A DNA stretch of 63,316 bases, counting the filler, from Collodictyon triciliatum (Eukaryota), in the NCBI GenBank assembly GCA_043381765.1. It is 8 parts of 8 records of this genome, joined end to end, with 100 filler letters (N's around TTAATTAATTAA, not from the genome) between each part and the next. Parts side by side here need not be neighbours in the genome. Positions count along the whole stretch, not along the records: positions 1 to 15,495 come from JBHJMP010003596.1; positions 15,596 to 23,675 come from JBHJMP010003598.1; 6 more parts are not named here. One strand, given 5' to 3'. The notes under the pieces were generated by a model. It was not told the origin of the DNA. It did not search any database and saw only the letters and a program-made list of their open reading frames with translations. Numbering within the stretch: the stretch's first letter is position 1; each line of letters starts with the position of its first letter. A program made the position numbers and the translations under genes. Shown here piece after piece: positions 1 to 16,986 of the stretch.

Positions 1-1399
1 TTTTGTTTTTTTGTTTTTTTGTTTTTTTGTTTTTTTGTTTTGTTTTTTTTTGTTTGTGTTGTTTTTTTGTTGTTCTTTTTTGCTGCGCGATGGGTTTGGG
101 CACCTTTTCCCTTTGATCACTTGCGGAGAGATCAGTTTCCGTGGCGTTTGTTTGAAAGGTAGATTTGTGGGTGAGTGTGTTTCTGGTGATTTTGATATTT
201 CAGTGATTATATCCATAAGAGATATAATTCCTTGTATGAATGATGCTCTATACAAATCTGGAATCATCATCGCAAATGGAATTGGGCAGGGCGGGATAGG
301 ATGTGGTCTTTCGGCGAACTCACTGTTTGGTTGATGGGCGATTTTCTATCACGGCCGCCTGCAAAGATATGGCAGAACTTTTTGGAAGCAGGCACTTCAG
401 CGCCCCTTAAATCTGCGATGCTTCGACTTTCCAGTTAAGTTTTCGTTTCATGGTGCAGCGCCTTGATTTTTCCTTTTCAATAGTCGACATATATCACATT
501 GTATTTAAACTGCCTACATATCAAGAACACAATATGAACTGTGGAAGAGATGGTGGAAACTCCTGGGATGTGCGGCCGGAAGTATTATGCTTTGGGCGGC
601 TAGGAAAGAGGTGAGAGAGATAGCGTTCTCACATGCATACAATAAAACACAAGGTTGTTCAACTCCAAGGCGGTTACTGGCTTTGTTAGAGACTGACAGG
701 TGAGCGGACAGTGGTTGCTAGGTTGGTGATAGTACGCACATGGCAGTTACTTCGAAAATAGATTCTCTCGAGTCCTTTCCACTACGCCACGGAAAATTGG
801 TTGCGCCTATTGTACTACATACACGAACAGCCTTTAATATGAACGAATTGCGGTACAACTCCAGAGTCACAAAGTCTGAACATATAACCCCGTGTAGTTC
901 AGTCCACAAGCTGTAGACATGAGAAATATACATATGAATTTTCGCATGCTGGTGGAGATTGACACGAGCACACTTTGATTATTTTTGAAATATTTTGGAA
1001 GAATTGAGAGGAGGGGGAGATGGGTGCCATTCAAAACTCTGAATATCGATGCAAGCCTAAGTGCGAAATAATATCTTATTATGTCTTAAAATAAAATCGA
1101 AAGATGGGACTAAGGATTGCTTGTATATTTGTGTGCATAATTATCAGAACCGAAATAAAATTGCATGTTTTCTATATTACACTTCGTCGAAAAACTTTTA
1201 CTTAAAAATTTTCGTAGAATTTATTTTATACTCCCTTTGTACGCTTTTTTTTTACTACACCTGTTGGGTTAAATAAGATAAGCTTCACCTCTCTTTCCTT
1301 TTTTTTGTATGGATGTGTGGGTGATAGTCAGTCCAATGTATAATTAAGAAATAAATCTTAATAAAATCTTACATCTGGATAAAAAAATTCGCATCCTAG

Positions 1400-2882
1400 C
1401 TAATTTTCATCATGATTGCTTGAGTTCCACAGAGAAAATCTGTCAGATTCATAATCCTTTGGATGAGCTGCCAACATTCGCGCAGCGTCTTTCTCGTTTT
1501 TCGCTTGTTGGTTCAACTGCTTAATCAAATCTCCAACCTGTCGTTGCCTTTGCGCTTCACATTCGGCTAACTCCCGTGTCTTGTGTGCCATCTCGGAACG
1601 ATAGTTATTTTGCATTGATGTTATTTGGCCATTTTGCTGCTCCACCAAAGCTTGCAATCGCTCAATTTCACCTTTCGTAGATACAGTAGATTCTCGCAGT
1701 TTTTCGTTTGTTTGGCTCAACTCTGTAATACGTAGTTGGTATTGCTTGTTTAAGAGAGAAAGGGTAGTATATGGGCTACACATAGAACGAGCTCCAGACT
1801 CCAGGCGCCGAGACCATTCAGCGCACACTGGTAAATAATGGCGGATATTCGGGTCTTTGCAAAAATTGCATGATGCACCCTCTACGGGATCAAACAGGAC
1901 CGTGGGTGCATCCACAGCATCTGAATCAGCGTAGTAGAAATGGTCATCATGTTCATTATGTGCCTCTCCTTGGGCACTTAAATGGTTTTGACTGTGATTG
2001 TGATGAACAAGATTCGATGGTGTCTGTATAATGATGGCACTCTCATGCAACGCATTCCCAGATGGCCGCCGGTCTGGAAAGGAGACGACCACCTTCTCAA
2101 GAACTGGGTGCGCCTTCATGTCCTGATAAGCCTTTGGATACATTCGCACAAGCCTCTTGACGAAGTGAATAAGCTCAGTCCACACATAAAGCATTCCACC
2201 ACACAAACCTAGCACCATCACACCCATCACAGCCAACATCATAAACCCAAAAGCGTGAGACACATAGGTAATCCAGTCGTCTGGTGTGCCAGTAAAATGA
2301 CCCAACAGCAAAAAGACGATACCACCAGCGGCAGATATTGGAATCCATCGAGTTTGTTGGGTGACAATCAACAAGAAGATCGACAATCCTATGCAGTGCG
2401 TAAAGACAGTCCATGCAGTGTGACCTGAGGGAAAATAAAAACCACATATGAGAATGAAAATGTGGCAGAAAGGGGAAACATGGGAATAAATACATGGGTG
2501 ATGCCATAATAGAAAAAGGAGAAAGAAAAGAATAAACCGAGGAATCATGTATAAACAAGTAAACTCTTTCGTCGGATGCACGGGGTTATGATATCTGTCT
2601 TTCGTGTGTGTGTGTGTCATTACCTGGTACAAGCTGCAGCCAACTCGGCAGCGATATCCAACCAGCAAGAGTGAAGACCACCCACGTGATTATGGCCTTT
2701 ACAGCACGCTTTCGATCATGGCTGAGTGCCTGGAACGAAAAGGAGGAATGTGTATTCTGCGCAGCTGGTTGGGTGTTGCCATGGGCTACGCCTTGCAGCA
2801 TCTCGGTCGAGTATGGTGCTGACTGGATCGGCGGCCGCGGGCGAAGGCGCATCGGGCGTGAAGATCCGTCCCGGAGAGTCAT
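1400..2882 (-). CDS. Uncharacterised membrane protein with C-terminal coiled coil (2 exons: 2882-2624, 2424-1400)
   Basis: ORFs 2586..2882 and 1400..2668 join in frame through a GTAATG...CCTCAG intron at 2623-2425 (LQLVPG|HTAWTV). The product has several hydrophobic helices, a His/Asp-rich linker with CNFC, and a Q/E/K-rich heptad region. Confidence 0.7.
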
Positions 2883-2919
2883 TTTGTGTTACGTTGCTGT
2901 TGCTTTTTTTTTTTTTTTC

Positions 2920-2958
<39 letters not shown>

Positions 2959-3561
2959 TGGGGCCAGTACAAACCCAAGTCCTGCGCTTTTTACTCTTCT
3001 ATGGATTCCTCTGATGACAACTCGTCTGTTTGATAAGTATGTCTGATATGTTGTTTTTTTGTTCCTCCGTAATTCAAGTGTCGGGTTGCCTGTTCAGAGC
3101 CTCGAAGCCCCGGTGGGACTGAGAAAACTGATGCGTCGCTGAAAATGCCCACCGATAGTTGTATACATAAATACCACTTCAACCATCGGTCGATTTATTG
3201 TGTTTTTTTTTTTCTTTCTATTTTGTTTTCTGTTTTTTTGTAAATTGAGCTGCATAGCGTTGGGTAACTATTATTTCTTGGGATTGAAAAGACAGAGACT
3301 CAAGTGAACGGCCGTGGTTTGGAGTTCACACTTTCTTTGTTCTTTTGAGTCTCTTTATAGAATAGAATATTCATAATGGCCATGAAACGGAAAGCCGGCG
3401 GGTTCGAAGAGAAGCAGTGCGTGAGCCGATTGCATAAGTCTTGTTATTTGTTGGTTTTTTTTTTTTTGTCAAACTTTTGTTCTTTTTGTGTATTACATTC
3501 CCGTGCGTCTGGACGAGTATTTCCCCGTGTCCGAAAGAGCCGCCAAGCGAGAAGCTGTCAT

Positions 3562-6338
3562 CTAGGGAGGAGAGAACTTGTCCAAAAGACGCATTGCTGT
3601 TTCGTATCCGACAAAGCAGGCGGCATTGGCTGGGAAAGCACGCGCCATGATGGGACCGAAGCCGCGGAAGAGTCCAGCAAAGCCGTCGGTGCGAATCAAG
3701 TGTCTGTGTTGGGAGTTGGTTGGGGCTCGATAAGCAAATTCATTTACATTCTTTTGTCTTTTCTCTCTCATCTCTGTCTTGTCTAACTGGTCGGTGTCCT
3801 GGCGGGGAGGTTTGGATGTCGGGAGAATAAGAGGGAAGCTAATAAAGGTGGACGAATATAAAATATGTACTTGTAGCAATCGATGACTCCGCTGTAAGTG
3901 CCGGGAGCAGCAGTTTGGAAGCGAGACTTGAGGGTGTCTGGAGGAAGGGCGACGAGCCAGTTGAACACACCTATTGCATAGTTAGAGTAGAGTGCATTAA
4001 GTGATTAAAAAAAAAAATTGGGACAAGGATTCGCTTAGGATGATTTCAGCAGGTAAATAAACGCTGATAATCAATCAACCTCGAATGTGTTACAGTATGG
4101 GGAAGAAGGAAAAAGAATTGACAAAGGTGGTAAGAGATTTAAACGGGTCGAGCAGTTAAAGAAGGAGAAGGGGAAGGGGAAGGGAAATAGATATTTTTTT
4201 CTTTATTTAATTCAAAGAAAGGAAATTTTAAGCGACTCAAGGGACTGAAAGAAGCTTCATCACACCTGCCATGCCTCCAGCAACAAGAGTCTGCCAGACA
4301 CTGAGCTTGCTGGTATCACCATCAGGAGCCAAATATCGTTTTGTTCCTTCGTACCCAGCGAAGTAAGCTCCGGATCTATGCACAGATATTTAGTGAGGGT
4401 GTCACCTGAGAGGAGGAACTTGGTATCATTTCATGGAATATTCATTATGGATTGAAGGAAAGACTATTTCATAGCGGATAAGAGACGGGGGAATCTGACA
4501 GGGAAAGTAATTTCTATCCATGTATTGTGCGATTGTATTACCCCGGTAGGTCGCGCATCAAAGTGAGAAGGGTTCCACGGTAAAGCGAACGGACTCCTCC
4601 TTCCTTTTGTCGAGTTAAATTAGTTCTCATAAAAATGCATAAAGGCTTCAGGAATAGAGAACGTAATATTGTGTGCGCCATAAGTTTTTCTCCAAAAAAA
4701 AACTATGGGGATACCTGGTACGTCTTAACAAAGCAGTCGACCATCCCGTTGTATTTCTTGGCATGTCCTGCTTGGCCATCGACCTATATATCACACAAAT
4801 TAGTGGACATTTGATGCAGTATAGTCTAAATCGTGAGCTATTGAGTATTTGTAGCAATTCAATCCAGATTATGGATTGTGTAGAGGAATTCGTCAGATAT
4901 TGTCAAAATAGTGAGATGTTGAAGTTTTAATGCGAGAGGCATATTTCACCTGGAGTCGAACCTTCACTTGCTCCATAGGCACCATTACAGCCTGTTTTAT
5001 GTTAGTTTTGTTCAGTATGTATTTGTGGTTATATGTGGTTTTTATTGGAATCAAACAAATTCCAGATTGTCATCATATATGTGAGAATGAAGCTTGAAAA
5101 TCCCTTGTGAAAGAACATCTTCGAATAGAATACATACCGTAGTGTAAATACCAGATATCATGCCAGCATTCCAGAATTGAAGGAGTGAAAGATCATTATC
5201 CGACTGGCCTTCGCGCTATGATAGACACTATCATGAATACACAAAACCATACTACAAACTGATATAATTGTACATATATAGTAATGTGTGCTAACAACGA
5301 AGGGGGATTTCTTACGCGAACGAAGTTCTTTCCTTGGTTGTACCCGTAGAAGCAAATGGCATACATAAAGCCGACACCACCAAGAGGAGCAACAACTCCC
5401 TTGTAGAGACCAAGCGGCTACGAAAAACACGAAAGTATATCAGTCCGGCTATGTGACCAAAGTTGAGCAGGAGCGTAGTATAATTATTGATATTTCCGTA
5501 GCTGTTCATGGGGCTCAAGTTTGTCATTACTCACACCATACACTCAAGAAAGCCGCAACAACATTTCACGTATTTAAAGATAATATGTTTGATTGAAGAG
5601 TAGATAAATGTATTTCTCGTCAGGAGAACGTACGCCTTCTCTACGGATGGTCTGCATTGCGCAGTCCAAAGCACCGGCATAAGGAGCGGGTTGGCCAGGG
5701 ACGATTGTCATCGTTTGAAGGCGCACTTTGATGGTGTCGAGTGGGTGACCAGCAAGGACCAGGCACATTCCTTTGGATAAGTGCAAGAAAATGTAAATGG
5801 AATATATCGAGAGTTAGGCCCAAATGGTTTTGAAGTCGTGAAGAGAGTCTCTTCAACATGAGTGAGCCAGACAGAACGGTTCGGAGCAGGGTAAGTCAGC
5901 TTGAATGATATTTGGCCTTCGTGGAATAAGATTGAAGGATTCCACAAGTTATGAAAAGTAAAGAAGGCATACCTCCTGCTGAGCCGGCAAGGAAGCTCTT
6001 CCACATGGGCACGGCTGTTTTCAAGTAATCAAATTGAGTTTCTTTCGTTCCGTGCCGTTTAAGTAAAGGATATAATCTTTTGAACAGCTTAAAAATAAAA
6101 GTATAAATGAGGTTCATGTTTGAGAAGGGTTGCTGAGTTCAAACAACTGAAAGGAGGTTGCTCCTTGATTCGCAGACAAGGTGAGATGGATTTGAAGGGT
6201 TTGTTTTTTCCTTTATTCGAAGAGATGGATTTGAAGGTGAACTAGAACAGCGCTACTGAGGCGTTCTTGAGTGAAATAGGAGTCGAAAGTAGCCAGGTTC
6301 TTACATTTGGGTTTGGCAGCAACTTCGGCGTCAGACAT
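3562..6338 (-). CDS. Mitochondrial carnitine/acylcarnitine carrier (SLC25A20/CRC1-like), multi-exon
   Basis: Spliced translation [44 protein letters not shown]...[10 protein letters not shown]...RDLPGSGAYF...[12 protein letters not shown]...[14 protein letters not shown]. It has three Px[DE]xx[KR] carrier motifs and the RAFPANAA signature. All introns are GT-AG. Confidence 0.92.
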
Positions 6339-6840
6339 CGTTCCTTCTGCAGTGGGAGGCTGATCAGGACTTCTAGAAGGTTGGAGTTTATCGAAGGTAT
6401 TTTGCTATTCCAGCAAAAAAAAAAAAAAGTGGCTTTGGGCTCGTTTTAAGGAAAATGATCGAATGGACAACATCAGTTCTCTTCTAAAGTGCATATCGCT
6501 GACTATATATCACTATCACTTGGGAGGGTCTATTATATGATCGCAACCACTGTGACCGACAAAAGAAAGAGACTTATCGGCCAGGTTCAAGCCGAAGGTC
6601 CGCGTGATTTTTTGTGTTTTTTCTTTTCCTTTTTTTTTATATATATCTTTTGGCGAGAAAGTAGAAATATTGCAACTCTCAACTCTTCTGGTTTGTCCCC
6701 GGGTCTTGACACAGGAGAATATTGTTCACCTTGCCCCACAGGTCTGTTGTGCCTCCTCTAGATGATATACGCCTCATTGCCGCTTTTTGTTTGTTGGACA
6801 AAGTCCAGGGTTACCAGCTGAGAAGGCGCTTGGTTTCATA

Positions 6841-6884
6841 TACGTCATGTGTGATATCACGGGGTGACGTCACAGGTTGACGCA
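6841..6884. promoter_or_regulatory. Cluster of CRE/ATF-like palindromes in a divergent intergenic region
   Basis: GTGACGTCAC (6864-6873), GTGATATCAC (6851-6860), and half sites ACGTCA (6842-6847) and TGACGC (6878-6883), all within 45 bp. Function is inferred. Confidence 0.35.
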
Positions 6885-7279
6885 CGCTTATTTTACATGC
6901 GCAAACAGATTTTGTGCGATAATTGTGTTGGATAATACCTCAAGATACCCTCTCACTATGTGCATGCGCGTGTACTCAAGATTATTATGCGATTTAATTG
7001 CAGTTTAGTACTGCATTTTTGAAAAGTTTTTATAAAAGAGTTATTTTCCAAAAGTAAATAGATGTCAACAAACTTGCTAGTGAATACCAAAATTGGACGA
7101 TAGCGATTGCACCCATATTTAAATCTCAATGAAATGACTATTTCCCGGGAAATATATATCGTACATTTATCACGGTGTGAATTAGCGTCTTCGTTATTTG
7201 CTTTCGCTGCATCCACCAAACTTGACTTCATTCGCGCACCGTTTCATGGCTTTCTGTCCGCCAATCTTGCTGCGTAACA

Positions 7280-7461
7280 CAAAACAAAACAAAACAAAAC
7301 AAAACAAAACAAAACAAAACAAAACAAAACAAAACAAAACAAAACAAAACAAAACAAAACAAAACAAAACAAANNNNNNNNNNNNNNNNNNNNNNNNNNN
7401 NNNNNNNNNNNNNAAAACAAAACAAAACAAAACAAAACAAAACAAAACAAAACAAAACAAA

Positions 7462-7492
<31 letters not shown>

Positions 7493-7509
7493 CAAAACAA
7501 AACAAAACA
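7280..7509. repeat. (AAAAC)n microsatellite interrupted by a 40-N gap
   Basis: Tandem pentamer visible on both sides of the N run at 7374-7413. Confidence 0.95.
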
Positions 7510-7584
7510 ATAAAAGACAACACCCTTTGAATCAAATTAAGGGAAAAACTTTAAAATACAACACAGTCGAAGAAACTGCAAAGA

Positions 7585-11387
<3,803 letters not shown>

Positions 11388-11721
11388 TTGAGTCCATCAA
11401 AAAGGAAAATACCGAAGTAATTGAACGAAACAAATTCCAATTCGCACCAAAAACAAAAACAAAAACAAAAACAAAAACAATAATAAAACAAAAACGTAAA
11501 CATAAACAAGAATATGCGAAAGTGAACGGTTGAAATAATTCGATTGATGTCGTAGTTCTAACACTGTTATTCGGTTTGAATTTATCGGGGGTCATGTGAT
11601 TTATTTGTTAGATTTATTCAGTAGTTTCAATCGATTTGCTTGTGGATGAGAATGTGTAAGTTGGTCGCAGAAAGACATTAGGCTACTGAATAATAAGGTC
11701 ACTTGGGAAAGCAAGGCTTTC

Positions 11722-13028
11722 TCATATCAACATGCAAACCTGGGAAGATTACGCAATAATGTAAAGGAAAAGAAGAGGGACCAAGCAAAGTCTTATTCCT
11801 TGTCAACAAAAGATTTGACTATGTTGCGAACTACCTTAACCAACCCTCTGAACCAGTATAGATTCATTCCGATGATTAGTGCGTAGTTGGCAAAGAGAAA
11901 AATAATGAGCCCCCAACTGATGAAGGAAAACTCATGGCGAAGATTAAACAAGACATAGGCAACATAGGCGTGACCACAGATACGGACAGTAAAGAAGGTG
12001 ACCAGCTATGAAAAAAGAGATTAGGATATCAATATATCGCTGATAACCCGATAAAAAAGCAGGAAAGAAGCATGTACAGACCGCAACTATGTTGTTGACA
12101 ACATTGAAGAGCGACTTTCTGAGTCCGAGATTCGTAATTATCCAATTCATGTTCGTGAACGGATTAGACAATTCCGTAAGGAGATACAAGGTGACTATCA
12201 GGACATATGTCTTGTAATACTATAATAAGAATGTTTTTATCTTGTAAAGAAAAGATTCAGAAAACGCAAACATATTGGTAGATATTGGCGGCAAATCTTA
12301 CCATGCAAACAAGCGGAACAGAAATCGCCATAAAGTGATGGACCACATAGAGCCAGCCCCCTTTCATGTCGTTCAGAACAGAAACGACAGCATACAAGTC
12401 GATTGCGATGTACCCAATGAAGATGGAAAAGATCACGTTTGAAGCACGGCTCGTGGCAAAGAGCGATGTCCACAAATCAGGTTCATTGGTAAGAATCGCA
12501 GTGGGCACAATTACGGTAAAGAGCACATTAATGACCGAGTTGATTCTGTATTTTGATTAAGTCAGTGCTTGACAGAGCCGCCCGCCTCTCACTTTCGGGT
12601 GCGGGGATTATAAAAGCAAGCTATCGTGATGACTGCCTACCGGGTTAGCCATTCCACCTTGTCGACCTTGCTGCACTTTTGGAAGTGGGGCCATGTTCGG
12701 TTCAACAAATACATGTTGAAAAAGTAGAGAGAGGCGTACGAGAAAGTTGCTGTGAGTGTGATCAACACGACGTTTGGTTCGATGCCAAACTGGTCCTCTT
12801 TGGGCGTTGGGCTCGTGTTTACATCTAGCTGTGGTTTGTTGTATATCAGGGGCGAAGAAAAGAAGTATTCATTTCAGGCGATGAAGAAAAGAAGAAAAGA
12901 AGTGCTAGCTTGTTGAAAGATATGAGAAAAGATTGGTGTCTTACTTGAAGCGCATATTCATATGCCGGACGGAAGAGGTTGCGAATATACGGGGAGGTGA
13001 AAAACACTGTGTGTTTGGTTTGGGTCAT
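11722..13028 (-). CDS. TLC-domain (TMEM56/TLCD4-like) membrane protein
   Basis: Spliced translation includes EWLTRINSVIN, GYIAIDL, YVVHHF, LLTELSNPFTNMNW, TFFTVRI and MNLYWF, which are typical TLC motifs. The last exon and stop are uncertain. Confidence 0.82.
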
Positions 13029-13789
13029 TAAGACTTCTTCAAGAGCTAGGTGATTTTTGGGACAAAGGGATAGGCCAAGAAAAAGCGAAAAGAAAAGGGG
13101 AATAGCGACAAGATTATCGTAACCATATCATAGCTTCCTTCTGATAATGAATAGCGAACGAAGAGCTAGACTCACTTGACAAGAAGGCGCAGAAACCCGA
13201 ACTGAGTCAATACCTGCAAAGCGTCCATGAGAAGCAGAAAAAGTTATTGCCAGTTCATTGTTGTATGGAGACAAGGTCGTTCGTAACCGTGCAGGAAACC
13301 AAGCTTTGAGGTTTCGTGGGGTTTTTGGCCCGAGCGTTCGTCCCACTCAAGGTGGCTGCGCAAAGCATGCTTCACATTGGGTGGCCGCCTTAATTGGCTG
13401 TTTTTCTCGCCGGAGTGATTCCTGGATGATATATCCATTCTGTCAGAATTCGCAGGCATGCATTTAGCAAAATGGGCCAGAGGTATGGTCTGTGGCTGGG
13501 AATGTGGGAACGGGCGCGTGGCTTTGGGAATTCCCGGTTCCAACGAGAGTCCGCAACAGGAAACATCGCCCGGTGTAAGGGGTTTTGGTGTGGGTTGTTT
13601 GGGGCTGCAAGGCTTCATGGGGATGAAGATGGCAGGCAAGATGGGATGTGTGGTGAATGGTGGAGTGTATGTGATGGCTATGGCGTCAGTTTTGATTGTT
13701 TTCTGGTTTGTGTGATTATCTTCCTTCCATCTATTAATATAATTATTATTTTTTTTCATTTTTTTATTTGCTAAAAAAATGATCTTACA

Positions 13790-14900
13790 AAATAATTGCT
13801 TCCATTTTTTTTTAATAACGGAAAACATGGCGTTATTGGCCTGCACATCGCTTAATACCGCTCCTTCTGAAAGGGGTGGAGTAGGTTAAACTGAAAAAAA
13901 CGCGGGTGGGTTAGCTGTTTGATTCATCAAAGTCCACTCAGTCGATTTCCTTCGAAGATGGCTCATACATCCCAACGCCAGACTTCACTGCATTCCGCAC
14001 ACAAGACGCACAGCCGACCACAGCCATCCTGAACAACAAAGGAGAGTGACGCTCACTTCATCCCATCTCATACGGAGCGCCGTCGCCATTTTTCTTTCGC
14101 CTGAAGAACCAAAGGCGGCCAAATAACACCTAACTCTCCGCAATTCTCGATGGCCATGGCATATTCCAATCTGTTTCGATATAAAATCATCAGTTCGAAT
14201 CCTTACAAACCGCAGAAAATGAGTCGATGAACCGAAACTATAGGCGTTGTAGACCCGCCGATAGTCAAAAGCTGGAGGCAAGCCCGTATATCTCAGCTAC
14301 TCCCAAAACACCGCGCCGTACTTCTCAATATCTCCAACAGAGAGCTGTGGATAGGTGCTCGTGTAGTCCATGCAGCAACGACCTATCCAGAATGCACCAT
14401 GTGCCGCAGTGGAGATGACTCTATCGAACACACAGTTGTGAACTGCTCTCTGGCTCAAAAAGTGACAGAATCCATTCACAAGATGTTCTCTGAGCTTGAT
14501 TATGCTCCCAACCAACTCAGCGCGTCCGACATCCTGTCTGGCCCACAATACCAAATGACCCACGACTCTAGAATACTCTGGACAGTCACAAGGGGACATA
14601 TGCTGTGGTCCCTTATGGAGTCCGCGCGTTCTCTCGCTCCAATGATTCACCCGAACGAGAAATCAATGTATCGATGCTGGAAAGCCTCGTGCAATACAGC
14701 TTCCTGAACAGCCTGCTGAAACACGCTCGTATTCTTCGCTACTCTGACAGCAAGCGAAGAGAGATGTGGGAATGTGTCGTGCGATATCTCCCGCAGCACA
14801 TCCAACCCCTGCTACCCACGCAGCCAATCAACCAGTTGGGTCGCCCTCCTGACCAACTCGCTATCATTGATTTCTTTCCAGTGATGTCCTCTCCACAGTG
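13790..14900 (+). mobile_element. Decayed non-LTR (L1/Tx1-like) retrotransposon, 3' part of ORF2
   Basis: Across frameshifts: APSERGGVG (GGLG-like), FLRRWL, WRQARISQLLPKHRAVLLNI, and the zf-RVT-type finger ECTMCRSGDDSIEHTVVNC. No introns; contains stops and frameshifts. Confidence 0.75.
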
Positions 14901-15495
14901 ACGTCTTCTCCTTCTTGCGCTTACCCTTTACCATACGCACTTTTTCAGGTCTTACAATGTAGAAGTTTTGAAAATATGATGAAATGCAAAACGTAGCAGG
15001 AGTGATAAATAAATATCATAAAAATACCGAATCTATCATATGAGGCTGTAAATAAGGTAAACAGACGTCCTGCTCAGGACAAGTATGCGTACCAGAGGAC
15101 TGGTGCTTGGCTAACAATCCTACTCAAAATAAAATAAAGAGCCTATACAAAAGTGTGAGTTTATCGGTGGATTATGAAGTATTTTTTTTTTATTCTTAAA
15201 GTCTTAGCTGTTGAGCCCGTCTCAACAATCTTTCATTCAACCATCATGCAGTAGTTCCAAAGTAGGTGGTGATGTGTGGGAGATAGAAAAAAGAAAAACA
15301 GGGATAAAAATAAAAGAAAAAAGGGAAAAGAGAGGTCGTTGAGGCTTGATAAGAGACGCATGGATTTCTTTTGGGGACGCGTGATAGTGTCCCGCGAGCA
15401 TGAGAAAAAAAAAAGGGACGGTTATATTGATTGGATGGAGGAGGGGGAATACTGCTTTGATGGCGCAAGCTGTCGAAAAGGATGGTGAAAAGAGA

Positions 15496-15595
15496 NNNNN
15501 NNNNNNNNNNNNNNNNNNNNNNNNNNNNNNNNNNNNNNNTTAATTAATTAANNNNNNNNNNNNNNNNNNNNNNNNNNNNNNNNNNNNNNNNNNNN
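15496..15595. other. Artificial contig linker N-TTAATTAATTAA-N (the 12-mer also at 23720, 31908, 40084, 48260, 56434, 59007)
   Basis: An identical 12-mer with stops in all six frames sits at the centre of a 100-nt N block seven times. Confidence 0.97.
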
Positions 15596-15712
15596 TTTTA
15601 TGTCTTTTTTTATGTCTTTTTTTATGTCTTTTTTTATGTCTTTTTTTATGTCTTTTTTTATGTCTTTTTTATGTCTTTTTTATGTCTTTTTTATGTCTTT
15701 TTATGTCTTTTT
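15596..15712. repeat. (TTTTTTATGTC)n minisatellite at a contig end
   Basis: Seen directly. Confidence 0.9.
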
Positions 15713-16487
15713 TTGCGTTTTTTGCCTTTTTTGTGTTTTTTATTACTGGCTGGGGAGCACTGGGATCGATTTTTGACAAACCCGTATACCGATGTGGCTT
15801 GGCGTGTGTTCTGTTTGTGGTTGACATATATTTCTAAATCTGGAAAATAAATCGTGTAAATGTGGAAAATATAGATCAGATACACTAAAGTTACGCAAAT
15901 ATGACATTTGATTCACATGTACGATTATGTCAAGTGTATTATTATCAATTTTATATCATTGTGTCATTCAACATTTGAGCACCATTTGTTTTGCGGAAGT
16001 TGATGTTGTGGTCACTAAAATGCACACAGTAGTCCAGTGCATCGCAATGAAAATCAACGCAAATGGAATATTATTTACTTCAACTGCAGAGGAACCGGAA
16101 TCTGAACCAGAAACGCAGGAACATTTTGCCGGGACTCATCACCCAACCCGGCCTTTGTGCAGAAACACGACACACACAACTTTTGCGAGCCACTCAGGCA
16201 GGATCGCGTCAAAGGCCACAGACGAAGCAGGATACACACAGAAAACAGGGGCACGCGCCCCGAAGAACTGCGAAGAGGGCCTTTGCAGATCTGCTTGTTT
16301 GCGCTCAGGCAGGCCAGCTGTTTCGACTTGAACAACGAAAAGAGTATGGAATATTCTTGATACTGAAGAGGTTTGGGTGTGTGTGGCTTATTCGTTGGGT
16401 GGCGTTTGTTCCTCTCTCATTCTTTGTATCGTTTGCTTCGGGTGCCAAGAATGTTCTCGGTCTAACAATGCCCTGTCTCCACTTAAT

Positions 16488-16674
16488 AAAAAAAAACAAA
16501 AAACAAAAAACAAAAAAACAAAAAACAAAAAACAAAAAACAAAAAACAAAAAACAAAAAACAAAAAACAAAAAAAAAAAAAAAAAAAACAAAAAAAAAAA
16601 AACAAAAAACAAAAAACAAAAAACAAAAAACAAAAAACAAAAAACAAAAAACAAAAAACAAAAAACAAAACAAA
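16488..16674. repeat. (AAAAAAC)n-like microsatellite
   Basis: Seen directly. Confidence 0.9.
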
Positions 16675-16986
16675 GGAAAAGGAAAAGATAAATCATCACC
16701 TCGTGCATCTGGAAGACATATAATATACTCAAAGCACACGGACTTTTCAAACTACTGTGGAATCTGTTATTTCCCCTCCTCTTTCAGCTACGATATTCAC
16801 TGCACAGCCCAAAGATACTATTCTAATTAACCCAGGCAAACATAACCAAGTTGATTTTGTTCGGGCTTTTCTTCTGCAATCGCCTTTCCCTTCCTTTCTT
16901 CTCCTCTCCTCTCTCTTTAACAGAAAGATTCCACGTCTCAAGCAAAATAGCGCTCTAATACAGAACATAGAGACAGAACCCATAGC

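Noticed and set aside
80-960. Possible gene or retroelement remnant at the window start
   Set aside because: No recognisable motif or consistent exon chain in the frames checked.
6560-6620. tRNA/Pol III-like element (GGTTCAAGCC followed by a T-run)
   Set aside because: No cloverleaf, acceptor stem or clear A box.
7194-7535. ORF-track proteins made of FCFVL, poly-Y/I/L, KER, MYVC or YH repeats (here and at 8795, 10663, 16305, 22259, 30041, 44299, 50165)
   Set aside because: These are translations of microsatellites in introns or intergenic DNA.
15540-15551. Recurring TTAATTAATTAA as a biological repeat or array
   Set aside because: Always centred in N blocks with stops in all frames; this is a standard assembly linker.
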